64,000 bases of DNA from Pseudomonadota bacterium (GTDB lineage: Bacteria; Pseudomonadota; Gammaproteobacteria; JAKAQQ01): assembly GCA_027365475.1 (NCBI GenBank), contig DAHXNI010000024.1, positions 93,362-157,361 on the forward strand. Direction: 5' to 3'. The position numbers and the translations under genes were made by a program. Below the pieces are notes generated by a model, which had not been told where the DNA came from, did not search any database, and saw nothing but the letters and a program-made list of their open reading frames with translations. Positions 9,876 to 20,065 of the stretch are shown here, piece after piece; the stretch's first letter is position 1, and every line of letters starts with the position of its first letter.

Positions 9876-12437
9876 TCAAAAAATGTGATGCTTGCGCCGC
9901 TTCAGGGTAGATGGGGGGCAACGTGCGGGGAGTTTACCTACTTCAAAAACCTCAAATAGCGTATCGGGATCCGCAGGTCCGCAGAGCAATCCCGTACGCG
10001 CATCAATACGCGCCGTCACAATACCCGGTGGAGGCACGAAAGGGACATCTGGATAGCGGCTCAACGCAGGTCCCATGAAATCAATCCACATGGGCAGTGC
10101 CGCACGCGCGCCCACTTCGCCATAACCGAGTGTCTTGTTGTCATCACGTCCCACATAGGTCATCACTACCAGATGGGGATCGAACCCGCCAAACCAGCCA
10201 TTGATGTAGTTGTTTGTCGTGCCTGTTTTACCAGCCAGATCGACCCGATGCAACACTTGGGCCGCAACGCCGGTCCCAAACTGGATGACCGATTGCATGA
10301 GACTCGTCGTGAGATAGGCGTTTTGAGCGGTAATCACACGAATAGCCGTGCGAGGGGGTTCATGCGATGGCATTAAAACAGGCCCCAAGTGGGGTGGATT
10401 GGCCGTGATTCGCGCCATGTGATGCACCTTGCTTGAACGCGACGATGAACGCTGCAGTGGATGATGCGGCACCTCGTGTGCACTCCGCTTCGTAGCCGAC
10501 CGGGTGGACATCAATCGCTCACAGCCACTGCAAGCGATATAGGGGTCGGCCACCAGCACCCGCTTACCCGTATTATCTTGGATAATTTTAATGAGATAGG
10601 GCTTGGAAAGGTACCCTCCGTTGGCAAAAACCGCATACCCTCGGGCCATTTGTAACGGCGTGACATCGGCACTGCCTAAAATCAAAGTCAGATCATGGGG
10701 AAGGAGTTTGGGATTAAACCCAAAGCGGTGTACATAATGTAACCCGTAAGAAATGCCGATGTCGGCAAGCACCCGTACTGACACGAGATTGCGCGAATGC
10801 GCCAAAGCGACGCGGAGACGGGTGGGACCGAAAAACCGGTTGGAATAGTTACCGGGGCGCCAGACATTACCCAGCTTCGCATTGCCAACGACGATCGGAG
10901 CATCATTAATGATCGTCGCTGGAGTCATCCCCTTGTGCAACGCTGCTGAATAAAGAAATGGCTTGAACGACGAACCAGGTTGCCGACGCGCTTCGGTGGC
11001 TCGGTCGTAATTGGACAACCCGAATGAAAACCCGCCAACCAGCGCACGAATGGCATCCGTCTTGGGAGCTAGTGCCACAATCGCACCCTCAGCCCACGGA
11101 ATCTGAGCCAGAGTCCACATGCCATTTCCACGGCGCATAATATAAATGACATCCCCCGGACGAAGGACATCCGACGCTGTTTTAGGCAAAGGCGGAAAAT
11201 GCGAGACACCTTGGAAAGGCCGCGCCCAAGACAGCGCAGGCCACGGCAGCTCGATACTTTGGTCATCGATTCGTTTCACCCAGGCCCGTCGACCTACAAC
11301 GCGCGTTACCCAAGCGCGGTGCAACCCGTTTATTTTCTTGATCTTTCTGAGCCATTTCAGGATCTTCGACCGCTGCATTGATTGCGTATCTGGAATCGTA
11401 GCCGCCGGGCCTCGGTAGCCATAGCGTCGACAATACGCCTCCAGCGCGCGGCGCATCGCTTTTTCCGCCAAAAACTCCAGACGGCTGCTGATGGTTGTGA
11501 TCACGCGGTATCCTGCGGTATAGGCTGAGCGTCCGAAATGGGCGCGCATATACTCGCGCACCAACTCAGCCACATAACCCGCATGCAACGCCACCACCGG
11601 TCCGTGCAGGCGGACCCGGACCGGTGCGGCAAGTGCTGCGCGATAGAGTGTGGAGCTGATATAACCCAGCTTGAGCATCCTTCCCAGAACGTAGGCGCGC
11701 CGGGCACGGGCGCGCCGGGCATTCGCGATGGGGTTATCGGCCGAAGGGGCCTGAGGCAACCCGGCGAGAAGCGCCATTTGCGCAAGTGTGAGCTTCTGAA
11801 CGGATACGCCGTAATAGGTACTGGCTGCGGCAGCAACCCCGTATGCATGATTGCCAAAGTAGATTTTGTTGAGATAGAGGGTCAGAATCTTTTCCTTACT
11901 CAATAGGTGCGCAATGCGCATGGCGAGAAAAACTTCGCGGATTTTCCGCAAGTAGGTTTTTTGATGGCCCAGAAAGAAATTGCGTGCAACCTGCATGGTG
12001 ATCGTTCCGCCCCCTTGCGTTTTGCGCCCGGTCAGGAGAAGGTGGATGCTTGCGCGCACCAATCCCTTGATACTGATCCCGGGATGTGAGAAATAATGGG
12101 CATCTTCGGCGGCGAGGAAAGCATCGACCAGAAGCGGAGGGAGCTGGCGGAAGGTGAGCGGCTCACGGCGTTCATTGCCAAACTCTCCGAGGAGGGCTCC
12201 GTCCCGGGTATAAATTTTGAGCGGAGTTTGAAGTTGGATGGTTTTGAGTAACTGAATGGAGGGCAAACTCGGGGCAACATAAAGGTAAACCCCACCTACA
12301 ATCAAGGAGCCGAGACACCCGGCCAGAATGAAAACAACCCATCCCCAGAAAAAAAGACGCCCCCCTTGCATGCCCAACCGCTCCAGGGGGTTGGAGGGCC
12401 GGTGCTCGGAACGACCGGGGTCTGTTGACAGTGCCAT
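9876..12437 (-). CDS. mrcA: penicillin-binding protein 1A (bifunctional glycosyltransferase/transpeptidase)
   Basis: N-terminal TM segment; GT51 motifs (EDAHYFSHPGIS, RKIREV); transpeptidase SxxK (GSSFKPF), SxN and KTGT. Length is about 850 aa. An alternative start at 12371 is possible. Confidence 0.9.
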   Translation of the reverse strand: MALSTDPGRSEHRPSNPLERLGMQGGRLFFWGWVVFILAGCLGSLIVGGVYLYVAPSLPSIQLLKTIQLQTPLKIYTRDGALLGEFGNERREPLTFRQLPPLLVDAFLAAEDAHYFSHPGISIKGLVRASIHLLLTGRKTQGGGTITMQVARNFFLGHQKTYLRKIREVFLAMRIAHLLSKEKILTLYLNKIYFGNHAYGVAAAASTYYGVSVQKLTLAQMALLAGLPQAPSADNPIANARRARARRAYVLGRMLKLGYISSTLYRAALAAPVRVRLHGPVVALHAGYVAELVREYMRAHFGRSAYTAGYRVITTISSRLEFLAEKAMRRALEAYCRRYGYRGPAATIPDTQSMQRSKILKWLRKIKKINGLHRAWVTRVVGRRAWVKRIDDQSIELPWPALSWARPFQGVSHFPPLPKTASDVLRPGDVIYIMRRGNGMWTLAQIPWAEGAIVALAPKTDAIRALVGGFSFGLSNYDRATEARRQPGSSFKPFLYSAALHKGMTPATIINDAPIVVGNAKLGNVWRPGNYSNRFFGPTRLRVALAHSRNLVSVRVLADIGISYGLHYVHRFGFNPKLLPHDLTLILGSADVTPLQMARGYAVFANGGYLSKPYLIKIIQDNTGKRVLVADPYIACSGCERLMSTRSATKRSAHEVPHHPLQRSSSRSSKVHHMARITANPPHLGPVLMPSHEPPRTAIRVITAQNAYLTTSLMQSVIQFGTGVAAQVLHRVDLAGKTGTTNNYINGWFGGFDPHLVVMTYVGRDDNKTLGYGEVGARAALPMWIDFMGPALSRYPDVPFVPPPGIVTARIDARTGLLCGPADPDTLFEVFEVGKLPARCPPSTLKRRKHHIF

Positions 12438-12457
12438 GGGATGCGCTATAGTGACAC

Positions 12458-13588
12458 GTGAAACCTAAGGTGGAGGGGTATATTATCCCTCCAAGGCATA
12501 GATTACTAAAGGGAAATATTGTGCTTCTGAAACCTCGAAAAAAACAACCCCTCCTGCTGGGGATCGACATCAGCTCTTCGGCGATCAAAGTCGTTGAAAT
12601 GTCTGCATCGAACCAAGGTTACAAAATTGAGCATTACGGGGCCGAACCGCTGGCTTCCAATACGATGGCAGACAGGGCCATTGTCGATGTCGAAAGCATC
12701 GGCGAGGCAATACGCCGAGCCGTACGTAAAAGTGGTTCACGTCTCAAGAAAGCCATTGTTGCAGTCGGCGGAGCCCAGATCATCACCAGCACCATTGTAC
12801 TCCCGCGCGACCTCGACGAGCAGGAGATGAGTGAACAAATCGATCTCCAGCTCGATCAGCATATGGCCTTGTCGCGCGATGAGGTCAGCTACGATTTTGA
12901 CGTGATGGGTCCGAACAAGAGTGACCCGACTCAGGTGGATGTTCGGCTCGTCGCAACCCGGCGCGAATATGTCGAAAAACGCCAAGCTGCGCTGGAAATT
13001 GCCGGCTTGAGCGCCGCCATCGTCGACATTGAGACGCATGCTTTGGATCTCGCCAGCCAGCTATTGGAAAATCAGATGCCGAACAGCGGATCTCAGAAAA
13101 TGGTCGCCATCCTGGATTTTGGTGCAACGCTGACCACATTCTGCCTGCGTGATAACCACCAAATGGTTTATACCCGTGACCAGGCCTTTGGGGGAAGGAT
13201 GCTGACCGAAGAAATCATGCGGTTTTACGGCTTGAGCTTCGAGGAAGCCGGCTTGGCCAAACGCAGAGAGGGGTTACCCAAAAGCTATCAAAAGGATGTT
13301 CTTGAACCCTTTATGGACGAAATGGCCAAGCACATTCGGTCGTTTTACCGACAATACCAAGAAACTTCCGGGAGCAACCAGCACCTCGACCAGATCATCC
13401 TATGTGGCGGATGCTCCCAGATCCCGAGCGTTGCAGACTATATCGGAAAACAGTTGTCTATCCCCACAATTCGAGGGAATCCGCTTGAAGGCACGATGTT
13501 GGCTTCTCAGCCCAAAAGCGCCCGGATCGAACAGGATGCCCCGTCTCTGATGATTGCATTGGGGTTGGCCATGAGGAGTTTTCTGTAA
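12458..13588 (+). CDS. pilM: type IV pilus assembly protein PilM
   Basis: LLLGIDISSSAIKVVEMS... has an actin-like ATPase fold typical of PilM. It is first in a pilMNOPQ operon with ATGA overlaps and sits divergent from ponA, as in Pseudomonas. The homology starts near a GTG at 12520 (preceded by AAGGGA), so the true start may be there. Confidence 0.85.
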   Translation: MKPKVEGYIIPPRHRLLKGNIVLLKPRKKQPLLLGIDISSSAIKVVEMSASNQGYKIEHYGAEPLASNTMADRAIVDVESIGEAIRRAVRKSGSRLKKAIVAVGGAQIITSTIVLPRDLDEQEMSEQIDLQLDQHMALSRDEVSYDFDVMGPNKSDPTQVDVRLVATRREYVEKRQAALEIAGLSAAIVDIETHALDLASQLLENQMPNSGSQKMVAILDFGATLTTFCLRDNHQMVYTRDQAFGGRMLTEEIMRFYGLSFEEAGLAKRREGLPKSYQKDVLEPFMDEMAKHIRSFYRQYQETSGSNQHLDQIILCGGCSQIPSVADYIGKQLSIPTIRGNPLEGTMLASQPKSARIEQDAPSLMIALGLAMRSFL

Positions 13589-14184
13589 TGCCGCACATCA
13601 ATCTCCTGCCACACCGGGAACAGGAACGTCAAGCCCGCCAACAACGTTTCAACCGCATCCTGGCCGGTGTTTTTCTGATCTCCATACTTCTCGTCGTCCT
13701 GATCTATATCCAGGTCAGTGGCCTAGTCAGCGATCAAACTGCGCGAAACCGGTATCTCACCAGCCAAATTCAGCGCATCACCGCGCAAATTGGGCAAGTC
13801 AACCATTTGAGAGCCGTTCGTACGCATCTGCTGGACCGAATCAAAATTATCGAACGTCTTCAATCACAAAGGTCTGTACCAGCCCATCTTTTTGATCAGC
13901 TGATCCGGACCATACCAAGCGGTGTCTACCTGATTTCGCTCTCTCAACAACCCAATGGCATCATCACCCTGCGCGGCGTGGCCCAGTCTCCTGCAAAGGT
14001 TTCAAGTTATATGCGGCATATTGCGGATTCCCCCTGGCTGGCTGATCCACAACTCAGCATTGTACGGACGCATAGTGTTGGGCCCCTGCGGAGAAGCGAT
14101 TTTACGGTTCAAACCCACCTCATCGACAAACGTGCCCGTCAAAAACATTTGCCTCATCGTACGTCAAGAGGAGGCCGCCCATGA
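13588..14184 (+). CDS. pilN: type IV pilus assembly protein PilN
   Basis: MPHINLLPHREQERQ... with a single TM after the conserved INLLP motif. The start overlaps the pilM stop (ATGA-type). Confidence 0.8.
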   Translation: MPHINLLPHREQERQARQQRFNRILAGVFLISILLVVLIYIQVSGLVSDQTARNRYLTSQIQRITAQIGQVNHLRAVRTHLLDRIKIIERLQSQRSVPAHLFDQLIRTIPSGVYLISLSQQPNGIITLRGVAQSPAKVSSYMRHIADSPWLADPQLSIVRTHSVGPLRRSDFTVQTHLIDKRARQKHLPHRTSRGGRP

Positions 14185-14822
14185 AGTGGAGCGATCTCAA
14201 TCTCAAGGACTTTGACCTTCGTGACCTGAATTTCAGAGAGTCCGCAAGCTGGCCACCACCGATCAAAATCGTCTTCGGCGGATTAATCGTGGTGATGACT
14301 GTTTTGCTCGGGTATTTTCTGGTGATCAGCGGTGAAATTTCGAATTTGCATCAAGAGCAGCGCCGCGAAGTTCAACTCAAGCAGCAATTCGAGCAGAAAG
14401 CTCTTTTGGCAGCCGCCTTACCAGCTTTCAAGAAGCAGCTGAAAGAGATGCAGCAAACTTATGGTCAACTGCTGCACCAGCTCCCAAGTCGAGATGAAAT
14501 CCCCGTTCTGTTGCGGGACATCTCGACCACGGCTCAGATGGATGGGTTAAAACAGCGATTATTTAAACCCACTTCCCCCCTTCGCAAGAACTTTTATGCA
14601 GAGCAGCCAATTGTGATGGAATATGTCGGGACTTATCATCAACTCGGGAAGTTTGTTGGTGACCTAAGCGCACTTCCGCGCATCGTGACGTTATCCAATA
14701 TCGTCATCAAACCCACGGCAAAGGAATCAAATCTGCTGTCCATGCAAGTGACCGGGGTTACCTATCGCTACCTGCAGCATCGACGCTTCTCTGGCGCATC
14801 TAAGGTAGGAGCTCATCCGTGA
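14181..14822 (+). CDS. pilO: type IV pilus assembly protein PilO
   Basis: Position in the operon, an N-terminal TM followed by a coiled coil, and about 213 aa. Confidence 0.78.
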   Translation: MKWSDLNLKDFDLRDLNFRESASWPPPIKIVFGGLIVVMTVLLGYFLVISGEISNLHQEQRREVQLKQQFEQKALLAAALPAFKKQLKEMQQTYGQLLHQLPSRDEIPVLLRDISTTAQMDGLKQRLFKPTSPLRKNFYAEQPIVMEYVGTYHQLGKFVGDLSALPRIVTLSNIVIKPTAKESNLLSMQVTGVTYRYLQHRRFSGASKVGAHP

Positions 14823-15349
14823 TCCACAATCACCATCTGAGCTTGAAAACGTTGATCCTAGTAGCCACAGCGAGTTTTTTACTCGCAGGCTGCTCCAGCC
14901 CGAATCGTCATCTCAGAGCTTGGGTGCGAAAAATTGAGACCCAACAGCCTAGTCCGCTTGCGCCTATTCCCAAATTGCCGCCTTACAACCCTTACAAATT
15001 CAGAGATGCCAATCTGCGCTCGCCATTTGTACCCGCCATCGCGGCCACTCCGGGCAATGCCATACCCAATCCGAACCGTCCGCGTCAGTATCTAGAGCGA
15101 TTCCCGCTCGACAGTCTGAGTATGGTGGGCACCATGCAAATGCACGGAAGATGGTACGCGCTGGTGAAAGATCCAAATGGACTCATTCATCGTGTCACCT
15201 ACGGAAACTACCTCGGCCAAAATGACGGAAAAATTGTCTCCATCTCTCCCGCGGAAATCGGGCTACGCGAGATCGTGCCGAACGGCACCGGTGGCTGGGT
15301 TGTGGAAAAAGCCTACCTTCCCCTTTCACTGGCCTCGGGGGGCCATTAA
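14819..15349 (+). CDS. pilP: type IV pilus assembly lipoprotein PilP
   Basis: Lipobox LLAGCSS, about 176 aa, and position between pilO and pilQ. Confidence 0.75.
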   Translation: MIHNHHLSLKTLILVATASFLLAGCSSPNRHLRAWVRKIETQQPSPLAPIPKLPPYNPYKFRDANLRSPFVPAIAATPGNAIPNPNRPRQYLERFPLDSLSMVGTMQMHGRWYALVKDPNGLIHRVTYGNYLGQNDGKIVSISPAEIGLREIVPNGTGGWVVEKAYLPLSLASGGH

Positions 15350-15352
15350 GCC

Positions 15353-17485
15353 ATGATGACATGCAAGTTTTCTCCTCGCTCAGACCGTCGTCGCGGCCTG
15401 GTTTTTTTAATCGCGTTCTCCGGACTCACTCTGGCAACGACAGCAGGCGCAAATAGCCTGAAATCGATTACTGCCACCGGATTGCCCGGAAACCGTGTGC
15501 AGCTGGAGTTGCATCTGACCGGTCCCGCGCCGGAAACCCTGAGCTTCAGCGTGAATTCACCCCCTTATATCTCAATCGATTTGCTGAACACCAAATTGAA
15601 AATCAGCCGTGAACGACAGACCGTCGGCATTGGTGCGGTCCGCAACATCAGTCTGGCTCAGGCACAGGGGAGAACGCGTGTCGTTCTGGCCCTCAAGTCC
15701 GTACAGCCCTATCGGCTACTGCATAAGGGCCATGCACTTTTTATAATCGTGGGGCAATCGTCACCTACCCACCAAACGTTCGGACCGGTAAGCCAAACAA
15801 CTGCCTCACCTACTCCTGTAGAACCGCTTGCGCCAGCTATTACTGACATCCGGTTTTCCAGAAGGCCCGGCGGTTCCGGCCAGGTTAAAGTCTACCTTGA
15901 CTCCAAATCCATTGTCGGCAGCGTCCACCAAGTGGGTGATCGCGTCACTGTGACCTTCCCGGGGACCCATCTCCCATCCCGGCTGGAGAAACGTTATATT
16001 GTGACCGAATTCGCTACCCCCATCACGGAGTTCACGGCGCAACAGATCGGGCGGGCGACACGCTTGAGCATTGATGGACACGGGAACTTCGCACAACTTG
16101 CGTTTCAAAGCAACCACCTCTTTTCGGTCGAGCTGAGGCCACTCACCTCACTCCAACAGCGACTGCAAGCACGTAGAACCTTCGTTGGCACCCCGCTCAC
16201 ACTCAATTTCCAGAGTATTCCGGTGCGTGCGGTGCTTCAAATCCTGGCTGATTTCAGCGGCCTGAACATGGTTGTGGCCAACGATGTACATGGTCATATC
16301 ACTCTCAGACTTCACGATGTGCCATGGGATCAGGCGCTGCACATCATCCTAGAGACAGAAGGGCTCGGGATGCGCAAACAGGGCAACGTTGTCATGATTG
16401 CTCCGATTGCCCAACTGGCTTCCCAAGAACAGCAGGAAGCCGCATCAATCAAACAGATGCAGATCCTGGCACCCTTGCATACTGATTACATCGTCATCAA
16501 TTATGCACAGGCAGGTGCTCTAGCATCTCTGATTCAACAACAGAAGCAGTTGCTTGGGACACGCGGCAGTGTCACTGTCGATCCCCGCACGAATACACTG
16601 ATCATCCGGGATACCAACGCGCACCTTGAAGAGGTGCGACGGCTGGTGCATACACTGGATATACCGGTCCGTCAGGTGCTGATCTCTTCACGCATCGTGG
16701 TCGCCACGAACCGATTCTCGCGCAACCTTGGAACCCAGCTCGGCCTAGTTGGTGTACGCCAGACAGGCAACGACAGCCTCATCAGCGTGACTGGAGATGC
16801 AAACGGAAATAACACCATACAACAGTCGGCACTCACGAACTACAACTCGACCGGACTGTTTCAGCCGGTGACATTCCCGGCACTCGCGGATCAACTTGCC
16901 ATCAATAACCCCGCAACTGCACCCGTTGGAACTCTGGCGGTGGGCATTCTGAACTCAAACTATTTGATTAATCTCGAGCTTTCCGCACTGCAATCAGAAG
17001 GGCTGGGGGAAGTGGTCTCATCCCCCAGAGTCATCACCGCGGATGAACAAAAAGCGACGATCGAACAGGGTGTCGAAATCCCCTATCAGGAAGCGGCTTC
17101 AAGTGGCGCCACGGCCATTGCCTTCAAAAAAGCTGTTTTGCGACTTGAGGTGACCCCACAAATCACACCAGACCACCGGATCATCATGAAGCTTGAGGTT
17201 CGGAACGACACCGTCGGTCAAGAAGTCCCAACCGGCACAGGAGGGTTTGTGCCGGCCATTGATACGCGGTCGGTCAAAACACAGGTGCTGGTTAATAACG
17301 GTGATACGGTGGTTCTTGGCGGCATTTATGAAACAAACCGCACCCGAACCATCAGCAAAGTTCCCCTTTTGGGCGATATCCCTTTGATCGGCTGGCTATT
17401 CAGAAATTCGGCGATCACAAACAACAAAGATCAACTGATTGTTTTTGTCACGCCCAAAATTCTCAATCAGGCTCTCACGCATTGA
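15353..17485 (+). CDS. pilQ: type IV pilus secretin PilQ
   Basis: 710 aa with a signal peptide, AMIN-like N-terminal repeats and a C-terminal secretin domain (VPLLGDIPLIGWLF...VFVTPKIL). Confidence 0.9.
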   Translation: MMTCKFSPRSDRRRGLVFLIAFSGLTLATTAGANSLKSITATGLPGNRVQLELHLTGPAPETLSFSVNSPPYISIDLLNTKLKISRERQTVGIGAVRNISLAQAQGRTRVVLALKSVQPYRLLHKGHALFIIVGQSSPTHQTFGPVSQTTASPTPVEPLAPAITDIRFSRRPGGSGQVKVYLDSKSIVGSVHQVGDRVTVTFPGTHLPSRLEKRYIVTEFATPITEFTAQQIGRATRLSIDGHGNFAQLAFQSNHLFSVELRPLTSLQQRLQARRTFVGTPLTLNFQSIPVRAVLQILADFSGLNMVVANDVHGHITLRLHDVPWDQALHIILETEGLGMRKQGNVVMIAPIAQLASQEQQEAASIKQMQILAPLHTDYIVINYAQAGALASLIQQQKQLLGTRGSVTVDPRTNTLIIRDTNAHLEEVRRLVHTLDIPVRQVLISSRIVVATNRFSRNLGTQLGLVGVRQTGNDSLISVTGDANGNNTIQQSALTNYNSTGLFQPVTFPALADQLAINNPATAPVGTLAVGILNSNYLINLELSALQSEGLGEVVSSPRVITADEQKATIEQGVEIPYQEAASSGATAIAFKKAVLRLEVTPQITPDHRIIMKLEVRNDTVGQEVPTGTGGFVPAIDTRSVKTQVLVNNGDTVVLGGIYETNRTRTISKVPLLGDIPLIGWLFRNSAITNNKDQLIVFVTPKILNQALTH

Positions 17486-17529
17486 CGAATCCGTTCAATC
17501 ACTCATTTCAGGGGAATGGAAGCCCCTTT

Positions 17530-17554
17530 CGGGATGTTTAATTGAGACATCCCG
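17530..17554 (+). terminator. stem-loop after pilQ (8-bp stem CGGGATGT/ACATCCCG, 9-nt loop), no U-tract
   Basis: Perfect inverted repeat 45 nt after the pilQ stop. It is not followed by a T-run, so it is more likely an RNA-processing or attenuation hairpin than an intrinsic terminator. Confidence 0.3.
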
Positions 17555-17562
17555 TGCAAAAC

Positions 17563-17591
17563 TGACTGGATGATACGCATAATCCTATAAT
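17563..17591 (+). promoter_or_regulatory. putative sigma70 promoter for aroK-aroB (-35 TGACTG, 17-nt spacer, -10 TATAAT)
   Basis: TATAAT at 17586-17591 with TGACTG 17 nt upstream, about 30 nt before the aroK start. Confidence 0.3.
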
Positions 17592-17622
17592 ACCAACATA
17601 AACAATACAGCATCATGGTACG

Positions 17623-18186
17623 ATGCCGACCATGAATCTTTCCATGACGGAAGTACAAGGCGTGGCATCCAGACGAATCGTCCTGATTGGCCCCATGGCT
17701 TCGGGTAAAACCTCAATCGGGCGCCACCTAGCTGAGTTGCTAGGTTGGCGGTTCACGGACACCGATCAGGTTATCGAGCAGACTTCCGGCGTGGATATCG
17801 CGACTATTTTTGCACTCGAAGGAGAGCTAGGATTCAGAAAACGCGAACATTCTCAGCTAGCCGCATTATCAGGTCAAACAGAGATCGTCATCGCAACCGG
17901 TGGAGGCGCCATCTTGATGCCTGAGAATCACCCATTACTCATCCGGGAAAGCCATATCGTGCTTACGATTGTGTCTCGTAACCGGCAACTCGAACGGGCC
18001 CGTAAACTCAGGAACCGCCCGTTGTTGCACAACAGCGATCCCGAAAAAGTGCTCGAAGAAACCTGGAAAACGCGCCAGTCTCTTTATTATGCGTTGGCCA
18101 ACACAACCATTGACACCACGCTCGGATCGCCTAAAGAACTGGCCGTTCGCTTGCACACGCATCTCACCCATTGTATGGTCTTATGA
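17623..18186 (+). CDS. aroK: shikimate kinase I
   Basis: IVLIGPMASGKTSIGRHLAE matches E. coli AroK ([20 protein letters not shown]). The conserved pilQ-aroK-aroB linkage supports the call. Confidence 0.85.
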   Translation: MPTMNLSMTEVQGVASRRIVLIGPMASGKTSIGRHLAELLGWRFTDTDQVIEQTSGVDIATIFALEGELGFRKREHSQLAALSGQTEIVIATGGGAILMPENHPLLIRESHIVLTIVSRNRQLERARKLRNRPLLHNSDPEKVLEETWKTRQSLYYALANTTIDTTLGSPKELAVRLHTHLTHCMVL

Positions 18187-19301
18187 AACCATTGCAGTGT
18201 AATCTCACACAGTCACTTCGATTGCAGTTACGCGATGGAGAGTCGCGTATTTTCATCCAGCCTGGTGCGTTGCAGAATACACAGCATCTGGATTCATGGA
18301 CAAATGATCGCGATGTTTTTATATTGTGCGACGAAACTGTTGCAAGACTTTATCTCGACCCATTTCTCGAACGATTGCACTCTCGCCGGCAGATCATACA
18401 CCTCATCCCTCCAGGTGAAACTTCCAAAACTATTGAGCAGTATGAGCGCATCACTTGGAACCTAGTCAAACAACATTTTGGACGAGATATGCTACTCATC
18501 GGATTGGGAGGTGGAGTGGTAGGAGATTTAGGCGGTTTCGTCGCAGCGACTTACCATCGTGGCGTTGACTATCTACTTTGCCCAACTACTCTGATCGCAC
18601 AGACAGATGCATCGGTTGGTGGCAAAACGGCTGTAAATCTTCCAGGCGGGAAAAACCTGGTGGGTGCTTTTCATCACCCGCTCCTGGTATACATTGACCC
18701 GCTCGTACTCCGTACCTTGCCGCCTCGAGAACTTCATGCGGGGCTTGCTGAGGTGATCAAGTATGGTGTTGCCCTGGACCCTGAGAATTTTGAATGGCTT
18801 GAAGGCCACTTAGATGGACTGCTCGGATTTGATGCTTTGGATTTACAGGACGCCATTCGGATGGCCCTTACGCTCAAAATAGCGGTAGTGGAAGCTGATC
18901 CTGAAGAACGTCTGGGCCAACGAGCCATTTTGAATCTTGGGCATACTTTCGGGCACGCGATCGAGACGGCTTCCGACTATCGGGTTTTACACGGCGAAGC
19001 AGTTGCCATCGGCATCCTCATGGCAGCCGATCTCTCGTCACGGCTAGGCTGGCTTGATACGACTGCCCGTGACCGAATTCAATCGCTGCTTGAACGGGCT
19101 CACCTTAAACTGACACTTCCATCACTTCGAACAGAGGATCTTCTGCCATATTTCGACCGCGACAAAAAAAATCGCAAGGGCCACTTGAAGCTGGTACTGC
19201 TTGAAGCCCTGGGGAAAGCCGTCTTGGCCGAACGCTTTGACATGACTCACATGATTGACATGCTGAACGACTGGCCGCAAAGCGACTGGTCAATGCACTG
19301 A
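18183..19301 (+). CDS. aroB: 3-dehydroquinate synthase
   Basis: Aligns with E. coli AroB (GGGVVGDLGGFVAATYHRGV, VGGKTAVN, LNLGHTFGHAIE). I chose the ATG at 18183, which overlaps the aroK TGA as ATGA. Confidence 0.9.
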   Translation: MKPLQCNLTQSLRLQLRDGESRIFIQPGALQNTQHLDSWTNDRDVFILCDETVARLYLDPFLERLHSRRQIIHLIPPGETSKTIEQYERITWNLVKQHFGRDMLLIGLGGGVVGDLGGFVAATYHRGVDYLLCPTTLIAQTDASVGGKTAVNLPGGKNLVGAFHHPLLVYIDPLVLRTLPPRELHAGLAEVIKYGVALDPENFEWLEGHLDGLLGFDALDLQDAIRMALTLKIAVVEADPEERLGQRAILNLGHTFGHAIETASDYRVLHGEAVAIGILMAADLSSRLGWLDTTARDRIQSLLERAHLKLTLPSLRTEDLLPYFDRDKKNRKGHLKLVLLEALGKAVLAERFDMTHMIDMLNDWPQSDWSMH

Positions 19302-19330
19302 TCTCGACACGACAAGGGGTCCATGCTACG

Positions 19331-20065
19331 ATGCCAAGCTGCATCATGAAAAAAATTCCCTCGCGTTCGGCTCGCACACGGCTGATCATTGCGCTGGATT
19401 GCCCCAACTACGATGCCGCAAGATCCCTGATCACTCGGTTGGGAAAGTCCGTTGAGATCTATAAAATCGGTCTGGAACTGCTCATGAGTGGTGATTTCTT
19501 TAAAGTTGTTGAATTACTTCACAAAATGGAGAAAGAAGTTTTCGCCGACATCAAGTTTTTTGATGTTCCCGCTACGGTGGCCCGTGCAGTTCGCAATCTG
19601 TCTCAATGGGGAATCACCTTCGCAACAGTGCACGGCAATCAGGCCATGATGGAAGCAGCCAACCAGGAAAAGGGTAACATGCGGCTTCTGGCCGTAACGG
19701 CACTCACGAGTCTCGATCAGGGTGACCTCGAAGATCTCGGTTTTGCATGCACCATTCGAGAGATCGTCATTTCACGCGCACGGCGTGCAATCGAAGCCGG
19801 GCTTGATGGCGTCGTCGCTTCCGGACATGAGATAGAAGAGCTGCGCAAAACTCTAGGCACCAAGTTTCTGATCGTGACACCTGGGATTCGCCCGATCAGC
19901 AATACAATTGAGGACGACCAGAAACGGGTGATTTCTGCACGGGCAGCACTCCTGGCCGGTGCCGACTACCTGGTTGTCGGCCGACCGATCCGGGATGCTC
20001 TGGATCCTCTGCAGGCAGCACACATTTTACAAAACGAAATATCTGAGTTCTTCGCACGTGCCTAG
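19331..20065 (+). CDS. pyrF: orotidine 5'-phosphate decarboxylase
   Basis: LIIALDCPNYDAARSLI...DIKFFDVPATV...LIVTPGIRP are hallmark PyrF motifs. Length is about 235-245 aa. Confidence 0.85.
   Translation: MPSCIMKKIPSRSARTRLIIALDCPNYDAARSLITRLGKSVEIYKIGLELLMSGDFFKVVELLHKMEKEVFADIKFFDVPATVARAVRNLSQWGITFATVHGNQAMMEAANQEKGNMRLLAVTALTSLDQGDLEDLGFACTIREIVISRARRAIEAGLDGVVASGHEIEELRKTLGTKFLIVTPGIRPISNTIEDDQKRVISARAALLAGADYLVVGRPIRDALDPLQAAHILQNEISEFFARA

Noticed and set aside
17530-17554. Rho-independent terminator after pilQ.
   Set aside because: The hairpin is good but is followed by TGCAAAAC instead of a U-tract. I kept it only as a low-confidence stem-loop, since aroK-aroB are classically co-transcribed with pilQ.
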